Shown in pieces: positions 53,881-64,000 of a stretch of DNA of 64,000 bases. Numbering within the stretch: position 1 is the stretch's first letter; every line of letters begins with the position of its first letter. The notes beneath the pieces were generated by a model, which was given only the letters and a program-made list of their open reading frames with translations, had not been told where the DNA came from and ran no database searches. Source of the DNA: Bacteroidaceae bacterium. Its GTDB lineage: Bacteria; Bacteroidota; Bacteroidia; Bacteroidales; Bacteroidaceae. The DNA lies in NCBI GenBank assembly GCA_017645305.1, contig JAGCPD010000002.1, forward strand, positions 71,104 to 135,103. The letters are read 5' to 3'. The position numbers and the translations under genes were made by a program.

Positions 53881-56800
53881 TTATAAATCTTCTACGTAGT
53901 CAAGCAGGGTCTTGCGACTTGCCAGAACGCGGTCGTAATCCTCGCGGTTACCCACTACAATCTTATCGAACTCACGCAAACCGGTACCGGCAGGGATAAG
54001 GTGACCGCAGATAACGTTCTCCTTCATACCCTCCAGATAGTCGCTCTTACCATTGATAGCTGCCTCGTTCAGTACCTTTGTGGTTTCCTGGAATGATGCA
54101 GCAGACATGAAGCTGCTGGTCTGCAATGCGGCACGGGTGATACCCTGCAGAATCTGAGTTGATGTGGCAGGAACGGCATCGCGAACCTGAACAACACGCA
54201 AGTCACGGCGCTTGAGCTGTGAATTCTCGTCACGCAAACGACGGGCGGTAACAATCATACCCTTCTGCATGGTCTCGGAATCACCGGCATCAACAACAAC
54301 CTTCTTACCCCAGATACGATCGTTCTCGGCTGCAAACTCCAGCTTGTCAACAACCTGAAGTTCCAGGAAGCGGGTATCTCCGGGCTCTTCAATCTGAACC
54401 TTACGCATCATCTGGCGTACGATAACCTCGAAGTGCTTGTCGTTAATCTTCACACCCTGCAGACGATATACGTCCTGAACCTCATTGACAATGTATTCCT
54501 GAACGGCTGTGGGACCCTTGATGGCAAGGATGTCAGCAGGAGTAATAGCACCGTCAGAGAGAGGTGTACCGGCACGTACATAGTCGTTCTCCTGTACCAG
54601 AATCTGCTTGCTGAGGGGAACAAGGTACTTGCGTACATCACCTACCTTTGAGGTAATTACAATCTCGCGGTTTCCACGTTTCAGCTTACCCATTGTTACC
54701 TCACCGTCTATTTCGGCAACGATAGCTGGATTGCTGGGGTTACGTGCTTCAAACAACTCGGTAACACGAGGCAGACCACCGGTGATATCACCGCCACCAC
54801 CTACAACACGAGGTATCTTTACCAGCACATCACCGGCCTTAACATCCTGGCCGTCCTTGATGGCAATATGGCCGCCAATGGGGAAGTTATAGGTGCGAAG
54901 CAGTTCTCCGTTCTCATCCACAACGTGAGCAGCAGGAACCTTGGCTCTGTCACGGGATTCTATGATAATGCTCTCGCTCAAGCCTGTTGCCTCGTCACTT
55001 TCTACACGATAAGTAACACCTTCTACAACATCCTCGAACTGAACCTTACCGGGAGTCTCCGTTACAATTACGGCATTGAAGGGATCCCACTTGGCAACTA
55101 TATCGCCCTTGGCTACCTTCTCACCTTCCTTCTTGTAGAGTGTACTACCATAAGGAACGCTCTGGGTAAGCAGGACAATACCTGTTGTGGGTTCTACGAA
55201 ACGTACTTCTGCCAGACGACCTACAACAACCTGTGCGGGCTCGCCATTCTCGTCTTTTATATCTACGGTACGCAACTCCTCGAACTCAAGACGGGCATCG
55301 TACTTAGCCTTAATCATGGCGTTAGCAGCTGCATTACCAGCCACACCACCGGCATGGAACGTACGAAGTGTAAGCTGTGTACCGGGCTCACCGATTGACT
55401 GAGCTGCGATTACACCGACAGCCTCGCCCTTCTGAACCATGTGGCTCGTGGCCAAGTTACGACCGTAACACTTCATACAAACACCCTTCTTGCTCTCGCA
55501 GGTAAGAACGGAACGAATCTCGACGGATTCTATCGGGCTCTCCTCTATCTCCTGGGCCTTTGTCTCGTTAATCTCCTCGCCAGCGGCACAAATCAATTTG
55601 CCTGTAACGGGATGAATAACATCATGAACAGATACACGGCCTAAGATACGGTCGTAAAGACTGCTGATAACCTCGTCGCCATTCTTCAGGGCAGAGCAGG
55701 TAAGACCACGCAATGTACCGCAGTCTTCCTCGGTTATGATAACGTCGTGGCTTACATCAACCAAACGACGGGTCAGGTAACCTGCGTCGGCTGTCTTCAA
55801 TGCGGTATCAGCCAAACCCTTACGGGCACCGTGGGTAGAGATAAAGTACTCAAGCACGGACATACCCTCCTTAAAGTTAGAGATAATGGGGTTCTCGATG
55901 GTATCGGGCTCGGCACCTGCCTTCTGGGGCTTTGCCATCAGACCACGCATACCAGAGAGCTGACTAATCTGTCCGGCACTACCACGAGCTCCGGAATCAA
56001 GCATCATATACACGGCGTTAAAGCCCTGGTCGGCTTCCTTCATGGTCTTCATGAGTATTGCGGACAGGTCGTTGTTAACGTGTGTCCAGATATCGATTAC
56101 CTGATTATGACGCTCCTTGTCAGTAATGAATCCCATTCCGTACTCACCCTGAATACGGTCAATCTCTTCGTTACCCTTACGGATGAGTTCGTCTTTCTCC
56201 TTAGGAATGATGATATCACCCAGGTTGAACGACAGACCACCTTCGTATGCCAAACGGTAACCAAGGTTCTTGATACCGTCCAGGAAGTCACATGCACGGG
56301 CAACACCTACTGTCTTTATAACATCGGTGATGATGCCGCGCAGGGTCTTCTTAGAAATAACATCGTTGAAGAAACCTACCTCGGCAGGAATAATCTCGTT
56401 GGCAATAACACGACCAACGGATGTCTCTACCATACGCTTGACCAGAGTTCCGTCTTCCTGCAAATCGTCAACCACCACAAAGACGGGAGCATGAACATCA
56501 ACACGCTTCTCGTTGTAAGCAATGATTGCCTCTTCGGGACCATAGAACTTCAGACCAGATCCCTTTGCACCCGGACGCAGTTTGGTAATGTAGTACAGAC
56601 CCAGCACCATATCCTGAGAAGGAACGGTAATAGGTGCACCGTTGGCAGGATTCAAAATGTTATGGGACTGAAGCATCAGTATCTGAGCCTCCAGGATAGC
56701 CTCGTTGCTCAAAGGCAAATGCACGGCCATCTGGTCACCGTCAAAGTCGGCATTGAACGCAGTACAAGCCAATGGGTGCAGCTGAATAGCCTTACCCTCG

Positions 56801-58170
56801 ATCATCTTGGGCTGGAATGCCTGAATACCCAGACGGTGCAGCGTAGGAGCACGGTTCAGCAATACGGGATGACCCTTCATTACGTACTCCAGAATATCCC
56901 ATATAATAGGATCCTTGCGATCAACAATCTTCTTGGCGCTCTTAACGGTCTTGACAATACCGCGCTCAATAAGTTTGCGAATGACGAATGGTTTGTAAAG
57001 CTCGGCTGCCATCAGCTTGGGCAGACCGCACTCACCCATCTTCAGCTCAGGACCTACAACGATTACGGAACGGGCTGAATAGTCAACGCGCTTACCCAAC
57101 AGATTCTGACGGAAACGTCCTTGCTTACCCTTCAGAGAATCACTCAGAGACTTAAGAGGACGGTTGCTGTCTGTCTTGACAGCACTGCTCTTACGGCTAT
57201 TGTCGAAGAGGCTGTCAACGGCCTCCTGGAGCATACGCTTCTCGTTACGAAGGATGACCTCGGGTGCCTTAATCTCAATGAGTCGCTTCAGACGGTTATT
57301 ACGTATGATTACACGACGATAAAGGTCGTTCAGGTCGCTGGTTGCAAAACGGCCGCCATCCAGCGGTACGAGGGGACGGAGTTCTGGTGGAATGACGGGA
57401 AGAATCTTCATAATCATCCACTCGGGCTTATTCCTACCCTTGCTGGAACGGAAGCTCTCGACAACCTGCAGACGCTTCAGAGCCTCGTTCTTACGCTGCT
57501 GGGCAGAATCCTGACTGGCAGAATCGCGCAACTCGTAAGACAGTTTATCCAAGTCTAATTGCGTGAGCAGATCGTAGATTGCCTCTGCACCCATCTTGGC
57601 AATGAACTTATTGGGATCGGTATCCTCAAGATATGAATTATTCTGAGGCAGACGATCCAAGATATCCATGTACTCGTCCTCAGAGAGAAGGTCGAACTTC
57701 TGTAAAGGCATCTCCTTGTCGTTCTCCATTACACCTGGCTGGATAACAACATAGCGCTCGTAGTATATGATTGCATCGAGCTTCTTGGTAGGAATGCCCA
57801 GCAGATAACCTATCTTATTAGGAAGTGACCTGAAATACCAGATGTGGGCAACAGGAACAACCAGCTGAATGTGACCACTACGCTCACGACGAACTTTCTT
57901 CTCTGTTACCTCAACACCGCATCGGTCGCAGACAATACCCTTGTAGCGGATACGCTTATACTTACCACAATGGCACTCATAATCCTTGGTAGGACCAAAG
58001 ATACGCTCACAGAACAAGCCATCACGCTCAGGCTTATAGGTACGGTAGTTAATGGTCTCAGGTTTCAAGACCTCGCCATACGAATTCTCCAGAATCTCCT
58101 CAGGAGATGCCAAACCGATGGTTATCTTGGTAAAATTGTTTTTTACCTTTGTTTCTTTCTTAAAAGCCAT
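53881..58170 (-). CDS. rpoC: DNA-directed RNA polymerase subunit beta'
   Basis: 1429 aa with the NADFDGDQM catalytic motif. Confidence 0.98.
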   Translation of the reverse strand: MAFKKETKVKNNFTKITIGLASPEEILENSYGEVLKPETINYRTYKPERDGLFCERIFGPTKDYECHCGKYKRIRYKGIVCDRCGVEVTEKKVRRERSGHIQLVVPVAHIWYFRSLPNKIGYLLGIPTKKLDAIIYYERYVVIQPGVMENDKEMPLQKFDLLSEDEYMDILDRLPQNNSYLEDTDPNKFIAKMGAEAIYDLLTQLDLDKLSYELRDSASQDSAQQRKNEALKRLQVVESFRSSKGRNKPEWMIMKILPVIPPELRPLVPLDGGRFATSDLNDLYRRVIIRNNRLKRLIEIKAPEVILRNEKRMLQEAVDSLFDNSRKSSAVKTDSNRPLKSLSDSLKGKQGRFRQNLLGKRVDYSARSVIVVGPELKMGECGLPKLMAAELYKPFVIRKLIERGIVKTVKSAKKIVDRKDPIIWDILEYVMKGHPVLLNRAPTLHRLGIQAFQPKMIEGKAIQLHPLACTAFNADFDGDQMAVHLPLSNEAILEAQILMLQSHNILNPANGAPITVPSQDMVLGLYYITKLRPGAKGSGLKFYGPEEAIIAYNEKRVDVHAPVFVVVDDLQEDGTLVKRMVETSVGRVIANEIIPAEVGFFNDVISKKTLRGIITDVIKTVGVARACDFLDGIKNLGYRLAYEGGLSFNLGDIIIPKEKDELIRKGNEEIDRIQGEYGMGFITDKERHNQVIDIWTHVNNDLSAILMKTMKEADQGFNAVYMMLDSGARGSAGQISQLSGMRGLMAKPQKAGAEPDTIENPIISNFKEGMSVLEYFISTHGARKGLADTALKTADAGYLTRRLVDVSHDVIITEEDCGTLRGLTCSALKNGDEVISSLYDRILGRVSVHDVIHPVTGKLICAAGEEINETKAQEIEESPIESVEIRSVLTCESKKGVCMKCYGRNLATSHMVQKGEAVGVIAAQSIGEPGTQLTLRTFHAGGVAGNAAANAMIKAKYDARLEFEELRTVDIKDENGEPAQVVVGRLAEVRFVEPTTGIVLLTQSVPYGSTLYKKEGEKVAKGDIVAKWDPFNAVIVTETPGKVQFEDVVEGVTYRVESDEATGLSESIIIESRDRAKVPAAHVVDENGELLRTYNFPIGGHIAIKDGQDVKAGDVLVKIPRVVGGGGDITGGLPRVTELFEARNPSNPAIVAEIDGEVTMGKLKRGNREIVITSKVGDVRKYLVPLSKQILVQENDYVRAGTPLSDGAITPADILAIKGPTAVQEYIVNEVQDVYRLQGVKINDKHFEVIVRQMMRKVQIEEPGDTRFLELQVVDKLEFAAENDRIWGKKVVVDAGDSETMQKGMIVTARRLRDENSQLKRRDLRVVQVRDAVPATSTQILQGITRAALQTSSFMSAASFQETTKVLNEAAINGKSDYLEGMKENVICGHLIPAGTGLREFDKIVVGNREDYDRVLASRKTLLDYVEDL

Positions 58171-58203
58171 ATTTTATATCCTTTCTAAAAAGAGTATTCT
58201 ACG

Positions 58204-61200
58204 TTAATCCAATGTAACACTTAATCCCAGACCGCGTAACTCGTGCAAGAGAACGTTCAATGACTCAGGAATACCGGGAGTAGGCATGTGCTCGCCCTTG
58301 ACAATGGCCTCGTAAGCCTTGCTGCGGCCAACCACGTCGTCACTCTTGATGGTAAGGATTTCCTGAAGAACATGAGAAGCACCAAAGGCCTCGATAGCCC
58401 AAACCTCCATCTCTCCGAAACGCTGACCACCAAACTGTGCCTTGCCGCCAAGAGGCTGCTGGGTAATAAGTGAGTACGGGCCAATGCTACGAGCATGCAT
58501 CTTATCCTCGACCATGTGACCCAGTTTCAGCATGTAGGCAACACCTACGGTAGCCAACTGGTCAAAAGGCTCACCGGTAGCACCGTCGTACAACTGTGTT
58601 GAACAGTAGCGGGGAAGACCTGCCTTATCGGTCCATTCGCAAAGGTCATCCAAAGATGCACCATCAAAGATGGGAGTGGCAAACTTAACGCCAAGCTTCT
58701 GACCAGCAGCACCGAGCACAGTTTCAAAGATCTGACCGATGTTCATACGTGAGGGCACACCCAGAGGGTTCAGTACGATATCCACAGGAGTACCATCCTC
58801 AAGGAACGGCATATCCTCCTGACGAACCACCTTACTTACAATACCCTTGTTTCCGTGACGACCTGCCATCTTATCACCTACACCAATCTTACGCTTCTTG
58901 GCAATATATACCTTAGCCATCTGAATGATACCGCTGGGCAGCTCATCACCAATGGTAATAGCATACTTCTTGCGCTTCATTTCAGCATCCAGAAGCTTGT
59001 ACTTCTTCAGGTAGTTGATAATAAGCTTAGCCACCAGTCCGTTGATACGCTCGTCATTGGTCCAATTGCTTAACTGAACAGCCGTAAAATCAAAGTTGTT
59101 CAGCATATTGGCAGTAATGCTTCCACCCTTGGCAATCAGATCGGCACCCATATAATCCTTGATGCCCTGACTCTTCTTGCCCTTGGTGAGTTCCAGCAAC
59201 TTGTCAACCAGAATAGCCTTCAAGTCTTCAACCTTGCTATTGAATTCTTCGTCAATGGCAGCCAGGCGTGGCTTGTCGGCGTTCTTGGTGGCACGGGTCT
59301 TGATGGCACGTGAGAAAAGTTTCTTGTCGATTACGACACCATTCAGAGAAGGACTTGCCTTCAAAGAAGCATCCTTGACATCACCGGCCTTATCACCGAA
59401 GATGGCACGAAGCAACTTCTCTTCAGGGCTGGGATCGCTCTCGCCCTTAGGTGTAATCTTACCTATCATGATGTCACCAGGAGCAACACGGGCACCAATG
59501 CGGATGATACCGTTTTCATCCAAATCCTTGGTAGCGTCCTCGCTTACATTGGGAATATCAGCGGTAAGTTCCTCCATTCCGCGCTTGGTCTCACGAACCT
59601 CCAAAGAGAACTCTTCTACATGAACACTTGTCAGGATATCCTCGCGAACTACGCGCTCGTTCAAGACAATGGCATCCTCGTAGTTGTAACCCTTCCAAGG
59701 CATATATGCAACAAGCAGGTTCTTACCCAGAGCTAACTCTCCATTTTCTGTTGAGTAGCCTTCCGTCAAAATCTGCCCCTCGACCACTCTGTCACCCTTA
59801 TTGCAAATGGGACGCAAGTCGATGGTCATATTCTGGTTGGTTCTACGGAACTTGGGAATACGATATTCTTTGAGAGCGGGCTCGAAACTTACGAATTCCT
59901 CATCTTCCGTACGGTCATAAAGAATACGGATAGTGGTTGCATCTACATATTCCACTACGCCATTTCCCTCTGCCGTAATCATTGTACGTGAATCCTCACA
60001 CAACTGACGCTCAATACCAGTTCCTACAATAGGAGCCTCTGTACGCATCAGAGGTACAGCCTGGCGCATCATGTTAGAACCCATCAATGCACGGTGAGCA
60101 TCGTCGTGCTCCAGGAAGGGAATCAAGGATGCAGCAATTGAAGCAATCTGCTGAGGAGCAACGTCCATCAAATTAACCTCGCTGGGAGGAACAACTGGAT
60201 AGTCGTCATCCTGACGGCACTTAACCTTTGTACGGATAAAGGTACCGTCATCATTCAGAGGAGCATTTCCCTGACCGATAATCTGACCTTCCTCCTCCTC
60301 TGCTGTCATATACTGTACACCCTCGGGTGAAAGATCCACAACAGCATTATTAACTCTACGGTATGGGGTCTCGATAAAGCCCAGGTCGTTAATCTTTGCA
60401 AAGACGCAAAGAGATGAGATCAGACCGATGTTAGGACCTTCGGGAGACTCAATAGGACAGAGACGACCGTAATGAGTATAGTGTACGTCTCGAACCTCGA
60501 AACCGGCACGCTCACGAGACAGACCGCCAGGACCTAATGCAGACAAACGACGCTTGTGAGTTACCTCGGCCAAGGGGTTGGTCTGGTCCATAAACTGGCT
60601 CAAAGCATTTGTTCCAAAGAACGTGTTGATAACACTGCTAATAGTCTTGGCGTTGATAAGGTCGGTTGGCGTAAAGACCTCGTTATCGCGAACATTCATA
60701 CGCTCACGGATGGTACGGCTCATACGGGCCAGACCTATAGCAAACTGGTTGGCCAGCTGCTCTCCTACAGTACGTACACGACGGTTGCTCAAGTGGTCAA
60801 TATCATCGACATTGGCCTTTGAGTTAACCAACTCAATGAGATACTTGATAATCTCTATAATATCTTCCTTGGTCAGCGTACGAACGCTCATATCTGTATC
60901 CAGATTCAGTTTCTTGTTGATGCGGTAACGTCCCACCTCGCCAAGATCGTATCGCTTCTCGCTGAAGAACAGGTTAAAGATAACCTCACGTGCACTGGCA
61001 TCATCTGCAGGGTCTGCGTTACGCAGCTGTCTGTAGATATACCAAATAGCCTCGCGCTCACTGTTTGAGGTATCTTTCTGCAGGGTATTAAAGATAATGG
61101 AATAATCGGAACTTTGTCCTTCCTCCTTGTGAATCAAGATGGTAGGAACATTACTGTCCAGAATTATCTCTATAGCATCATCCGTCAACTCACTTTCACG

Positions 61201-62013
61201 GTCTAAGATAACCTCGTTACGTTCAATTGATACAACCTCACCGGTATCCTCATCTACGAAGTCCTCTGTCCAGCTCTTCAATACACGGGCAGCCAGCTTC
61301 TGGCCTTTTCTTTCCTCAAGACTCTGGCGAGTTACCTTAACCTCCTCTGCGAGGTTGAAGATTTCTAGAATGTCCTTGTCATTCTCGAAACCGATGGCTC
61401 TGAGCAGCGTTGTTACGGGCAGCTTCTTCTTGCGGTCGATATATGCATACATAACATTATTTATGTCAGTAGCAAATTCAATCCAGCTACCCTTGAAAGG
61501 AATGATACGGGCAGAATACAACTGCGTACCATTGGCATGAACACTACTGCCGAAGAATACACCAGGTGAGCGGTGTAACTGAGAAACTACAACGCGTTCT
61601 GCACCGTTGATGATAAATGTACCGTTCTCCGTCATGTAGGGGATAGGACCAAGGAATACATCCTGGATTACCATATCGAAATCCTCGTGATCGGGGTCTG
61701 TACAATACAACTTCAGTTTTGCCTTCAAAGGTACACTATAGGTAAGCCCCCTCTCCAGACACTCCTCGATTGAATAGCGGGGAGGGTCAATATAGTAGTC
61801 AAGGAACTCCAATACAAAGTTGTTACGAGTATCCTGAATAGGGAAATTCTCAGCAAAAACCTTGTAAAGGCCATCGTTCTTGCGAAGCTCAGGCGGAGTA
61901 TCTAACTGGAGAAAGTCTTTGAACGACTTCAACTGCACTTCCAAAAAGTCGGGATAAGGCATAGGACTTTTTACGGAAGCGAAATTTACTCTCTGATTAA
62001 TAATATTAGCCAT
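58204..62013 (-). CDS. rpoB: DNA-directed RNA polymerase subunit beta
   Basis: 1269 aa with conserved beta-subunit blocks (..GRHGNKG.., ..[14 protein letters not shown]..). Confidence 0.98.
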   Translation of the reverse strand: MANIINQRVNFASVKSPMPYPDFLEVQLKSFKDFLQLDTPPELRKNDGLYKVFAENFPIQDTRNNFVLEFLDYYIDPPRYSIEECLERGLTYSVPLKAKLKLYCTDPDHEDFDMVIQDVFLGPIPYMTENGTFIINGAERVVVSQLHRSPGVFFGSSVHANGTQLYSARIIPFKGSWIEFATDINNVMYAYIDRKKKLPVTTLLRAIGFENDKDILEIFNLAEEVKVTRQSLEERKGQKLAARVLKSWTEDFVDEDTGEVVSIERNEVILDRESELTDDAIEIILDSNVPTILIHKEEGQSSDYSIIFNTLQKDTSNSEREAIWYIYRQLRNADPADDASAREVIFNLFFSEKRYDLGEVGRYRINKKLNLDTDMSVRTLTKEDIIEIIKYLIELVNSKANVDDIDHLSNRRVRTVGEQLANQFAIGLARMSRTIRERMNVRDNEVFTPTDLINAKTISSVINTFFGTNALSQFMDQTNPLAEVTHKRRLSALGPGGLSRERAGFEVRDVHYTHYGRLCPIESPEGPNIGLISSLCVFAKINDLGFIETPYRRVNNAVVDLSPEGVQYMTAEEEEGQIIGQGNAPLNDDGTFIRTKVKCRQDDDYPVVPPSEVNLMDVAPQQIASIAASLIPFLEHDDAHRALMGSNMMRQAVPLMRTEAPIVGTGIERQLCEDSRTMITAEGNGVVEYVDATTIRILYDRTEDEEFVSFEPALKEYRIPKFRRTNQNMTIDLRPICNKGDRVVEGQILTEGYSTENGELALGKNLLVAYMPWKGYNYEDAIVLNERVVREDILTSVHVEEFSLEVRETKRGMEELTADIPNVSEDATKDLDENGIIRIGARVAPGDIMIGKITPKGESDPSPEEKLLRAIFGDKAGDVKDASLKASPSLNGVVIDKKLFSRAIKTRATKNADKPRLAAIDEEFNSKVEDLKAILVDKLLELTKGKKSQGIKDYMGADLIAKGGSITANMLNNFDFTAVQLSNWTNDERINGLVAKLIINYLKKYKLLDAEMKRKKYAITIGDELPSGIIQMAKVYIAKKRKIGVGDKMAGRHGNKGIVSKVVRQEDMPFLEDGTPVDIVLNPLGVPSRMNIGQIFETVLGAAGQKLGVKFATPIFDGASLDDLCEWTDKAGLPRYCSTQLYDGATGEPFDQLATVGVAYMLKLGHMVEDKMHARSIGPYSLITQQPLGGKAQFGGQRFGEMEVWAIEAFGASHVLQEILTIKSDDVVGRSKAYEAIVKGEHMPTPGIPESLNVLLHELRGLGLSVTLD

Positions 62014-62117
62014 CTAAAACAGATTTGGTTGACTCATGAAAGATTATAGACACAAAAAGGCAAAGAACCCTCTACCAGAGGATCCTTTACCGTATTACCT
62101 GTTAAACAGGGTTCAGC

Positions 62118-62489
62118 TTACTTCAACTCGATTTCTGCACCGGCTTCCTCGAGGGTCTTCTTCAGAGCCTCTGCATCAGCCTTAGGCATACCTTCCTTCA
62201 AAGTGCTGGGAGCACCGTCAACGAGCTCCTTAGCTTCCTTCAAACCGAGACCGCAAGCTTCCTTAACAGCCTTTACAACCTGGAGCTTAGCAGCACCTGC
62301 ACTCTTGAGAACAACATCGAAGTCAGTCTTCTCCTCGGCAGCAGCAGCACCTTCACCACCAGCAGCTACAACAACAGCAGCAGCAGCGGGCTCAATACCA
62401 TAAGTTTCCTTAAGTTCGTTCTTAAGATCGATTACTTCCTGTACTGTGAGCGCAACGAGCTCAGCAGCAATAGCCTTAATATCAGCCAT
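62118..62489 (-). CDS. rplL: 50S ribosomal protein L7/L12
   Basis: 123 aa with an Ala-rich hinge and a C-terminal ..[23 protein letters not shown].. block. Confidence 0.97.
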   Translation of the reverse strand: MADIKAIAAELVALTVQEVIDLKNELKETYGIEPAAAAVVVAAGGEGAAAAEEKTDFDVVLKSAGAAKLQVVKAVKEACGLGLKEAKELVDGAPSTLKEGMPKADAEALKKTLEEAGAEIELK

Positions 62490-62527
62490 TTTGTTTAATT
62501 TATTTAATTGTTATTATTCTAAGTTAA

Positions 62528-63028
62528 TTACTCTGCAGGCTGCTCTTGTGCCTCGCGGTTCTCCAATGCACTTAATACATTCATAATAGGAGATTCCAAA
62601 GCGGCAATAACATCTGCAATAAGTTCGTTCTTGCTCTTCAGTGCAACGAGTGTATTCAACTGGTCTGCACCAACATAAACAGTCTGCTCTGCATAAGCGG
62701 CCTTCAAAGCAGGCTTTTCGGCCTTCTTGCTGGCAAACTCTTTAAGCATCTTAGCAGGCACGTTTGCAGTCTCGGTGAAAATCAATGCAGTAGAACCCTT
62801 CAGTACGCTATACATCTCGCTGAAGTCTGTCTCGTTTGCTTCCAAGGCTTTCTTCAGCAAAGTGTTCTTTACAGCAACCATTTTAACCTTGCTCTGGAAA
62901 CACTTACGACGCATTGCACTTGTAGTCTCTGCATTCATTCCCTCAATATCTACCAAGTAGAAATGAGGATACTGCTGCAATAAAGCGCCAATCTGCTCTA
63001 CAATAACACTTTTATCTTCCTTTCTCAT
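62528..63028 (-). CDS. rplJ: 50S ribosomal protein L10
   Basis: 166 aa, positioned between rplA and rplL. Confidence 0.9.
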   Translation of the reverse strand: MRKEDKSVIVEQIGALLQQYPHFYLVDIEGMNAETTSAMRRKCFQSKVKMVAVKNTLLKKALEANETDFSEMYSVLKGSTALIFTETANVPAKMLKEFASKKAEKPALKAAYAEQTVYVGADQLNTLVALKSKNELIADVIAALESPIMNVLSALENREAQEQPAE

Positions 63029-63042
63029 GACTTTCTCTAATT

Positions 63043-63741
63043 TTAGATTTCCTCAGTAGCCTTAGGATCTACCTTGATACCACGGCTCATAGTACTTGAA
63101 AGATAAATACTCTTAACATATGTACCCTTAGCAGCTGCAGGCTTTAACTTGATGATGGTTGCCATAAACTCTTTTGCGTTTTGGGCAATTTTCTCAGCGG
63201 AGAAAGAGACCTTACCGATAGAAGCGTGAACGATACCCGTCTTATCTACCTTGAAGTCAATCTTACCCTGCTTAACCTCACGAACAGCCTTAGCTACATC
63301 CATGGTTACAGTTCCACTCTTGGGGTTAGGCATCAAACCACGGGGACCAAGCACACGACCAAGTGCACCAATCTTACCCATGATTGCAGGCATTGTGATA
63401 ATAACATCAACGTCTGTCCAACCACCCTTAATTTTCTCGATATACTCATCGAGACCTACATAGTCAGCACCTGCTTCCTTAGCAGCAGCTTCAGCATCTG
63501 GTGTGCAAAGGCACAATACGCGTGTCACCTTTCCTGTTCCGTTGGGAAGAGAAACAACACCACGTACCATCTGATTTGCCTTTCTGGGGTCAACGCCCAG
63601 ACGCACATCAATATCTACAGAAGCATCAAACTTGGTTGTAGTGATTTCCTTAACCAAGGCAGAAGCTTCTTTCAGAGTGTATGCTTTCCCTGCTTCAATC
63701 TTATCAGCTACCAACTTCTGGTTTTTTGTCAGTTTACTCAT
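63043..63741 (-). CDS. rplA: 50S ribosomal protein L1
   Basis: 232 aa with ..[12 protein letters not shown].. and ..[11 protein letters not shown]... Confidence 0.95.
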   Translation of the reverse strand: MSKLTKNQKLVADKIEAGKAYTLKEASALVKEITTTKFDASVDIDVRLGVDPRKANQMVRGVVSLPNGTGKVTRVLCLCTPDAEAAAKEAGADYVGLDEYIEKIKGGWTDVDVIITMPAIMGKIGALGRVLGPRGLMPNPKSGTVTMDVAKAVREVKQGKIDFKVDKTGIVHASIGKVSFSAEKIAQNAKEFMATIIKLKPAAAKGTYVKSIYLSSTMSRGIKVDPKATEEI

Positions 63742-63756
63742 TTTAATTGAAGTCTT

Positions 63757-64000
63757 TTAATTATTACCAGGGAATTCACCCTTAACTGTGATACCCATAC
63801 TTCTTGCTGTACCTGCTACCAAAGTCATTGCAGCTTCTACAGTAAAACAGTTCAAATCAGGCATCTTATCCTGAGCGATTGTACGAACCTGATCCCAAGT
63901 AATCTCGGCAACCTTCTTACGGTTGGGTTCTGCAGAACCGCCCTTAATCTTGGCAACTTCCATTAACTGTACTGCAACAGGGGGAGTCTTAACGATGAAA
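63757..64000 (-). CDS. rplK: 50S ribosomal protein L11, C-terminal part (5' end beyond the window)
   Basis: The frame is open to the window edge, with the tail ..[23 protein letters not shown]. The internal M in the ORF track is not the true start. Confidence 0.9.
   Translation of the reverse strand, partial: FIVKTPPVAVQLMEVAKIKGGSAEPNRKKVAEITWDQVRTIAQDKMPDLNCFTVEAAMTLVAGTARSMGITVKGEFPGNN

Noticed and set aside
55747-57078. 443-aa plus-strand ORF, with other 100-180-aa ORFs, inside rpoC and rpoB.
   Set aside because: These are antisense shadow ORFs of highly conserved genes. They have low-complexity composition rich in V/L/T/G/Q and no motifs.
62014-62117. rplL-rpoB intergenic attenuator.
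   Set aside because: Only short 5-bp stems (CCTCT..AGAGG and CCTGT..ACAGG) are visible. This is too weak to annotate, although partial termination here is known in other bacteria.
1-64000. Search for integrase, transposase, reverse transcriptase, toxin-antitoxin, restriction-modification or other canonical defence or mobile genes.
   Set aside because: None of the ORF translations show the corresponding motifs. The apparent insertions (the cassette at 1459-6665 and the ATPase unit at 34648-36104) have no recognisable mobility gene.

Overview
The window looks like a chromosomal segment of a Bacteroidota genome, probably Prevotellaceae. That assignment is an inference from TAnnTTTG-type promoters, T9SS C-terminal sorting domains and gene content. 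Genes in order are as follows. (1) A minus-strand V-type ATPase operon (E, DUF2764/C-like, A, B, then D, I) is physically split between B and D by a 5.2-kb plus-strand glycan cassette: a Wzx-like flippase, an acyltransferase-3::GT4 fusion and a second acyltransferase-3. (2) A BNR/sialidase-like T9SS protein is coupled to a DsbD-like protein. (3) acpP-fabF-rnc-GH3 family-Ig-like lipoprotein, then pckA. (4) A minus-strand three-gene operon of unknown function: a polytopic membrane protein, a PD40 propeller with a CXXCH motif, and a fasciclin lipoprotein. (5) A glycan-degradation stretch holds a GH29 fucosidase, a YhaM-like OB/HD nuclease, a sialate O-acetylesterase, a GH43-FG-GAP T9SS protein and a large GH. 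An AAA/DUF4143 ATPase gene sits inside this stretch, bracketed by 100-bp direct repeats. (6) Two head-to-head gene remnants: a fucO 3' end and a GH 3' end. (7) A surface-glycan locus: LicD, an AsnB-like PP-loop protein, a TagD-like protein and two acyltransferase-3 genes, divergent from three glycosyltransferases. (8) proC, a CDP-alcohol phosphatidyltransferase and an IspD/TarI-like cytidylyltransferase. (9) rpoC, rpoB, rplL, rplJ, rplA and partial rplK. I recognised no rRNA, tRNA, CRISPR array, transposase or integrase. The most unusual signals are non-genic. A mosaic family of heptamer microsatellite arrays fills many intergenic regions and once lies in-frame inside a CDS. An 83-bp tandem repeat triplicates a canonical promoter. 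A 3x22-bp palindromic array sits at the edge of the cassette. C-run/G-run mini-hairpins are embedded in protein linkers. All homology calls rest on motif recognition by eye; no searches were run.
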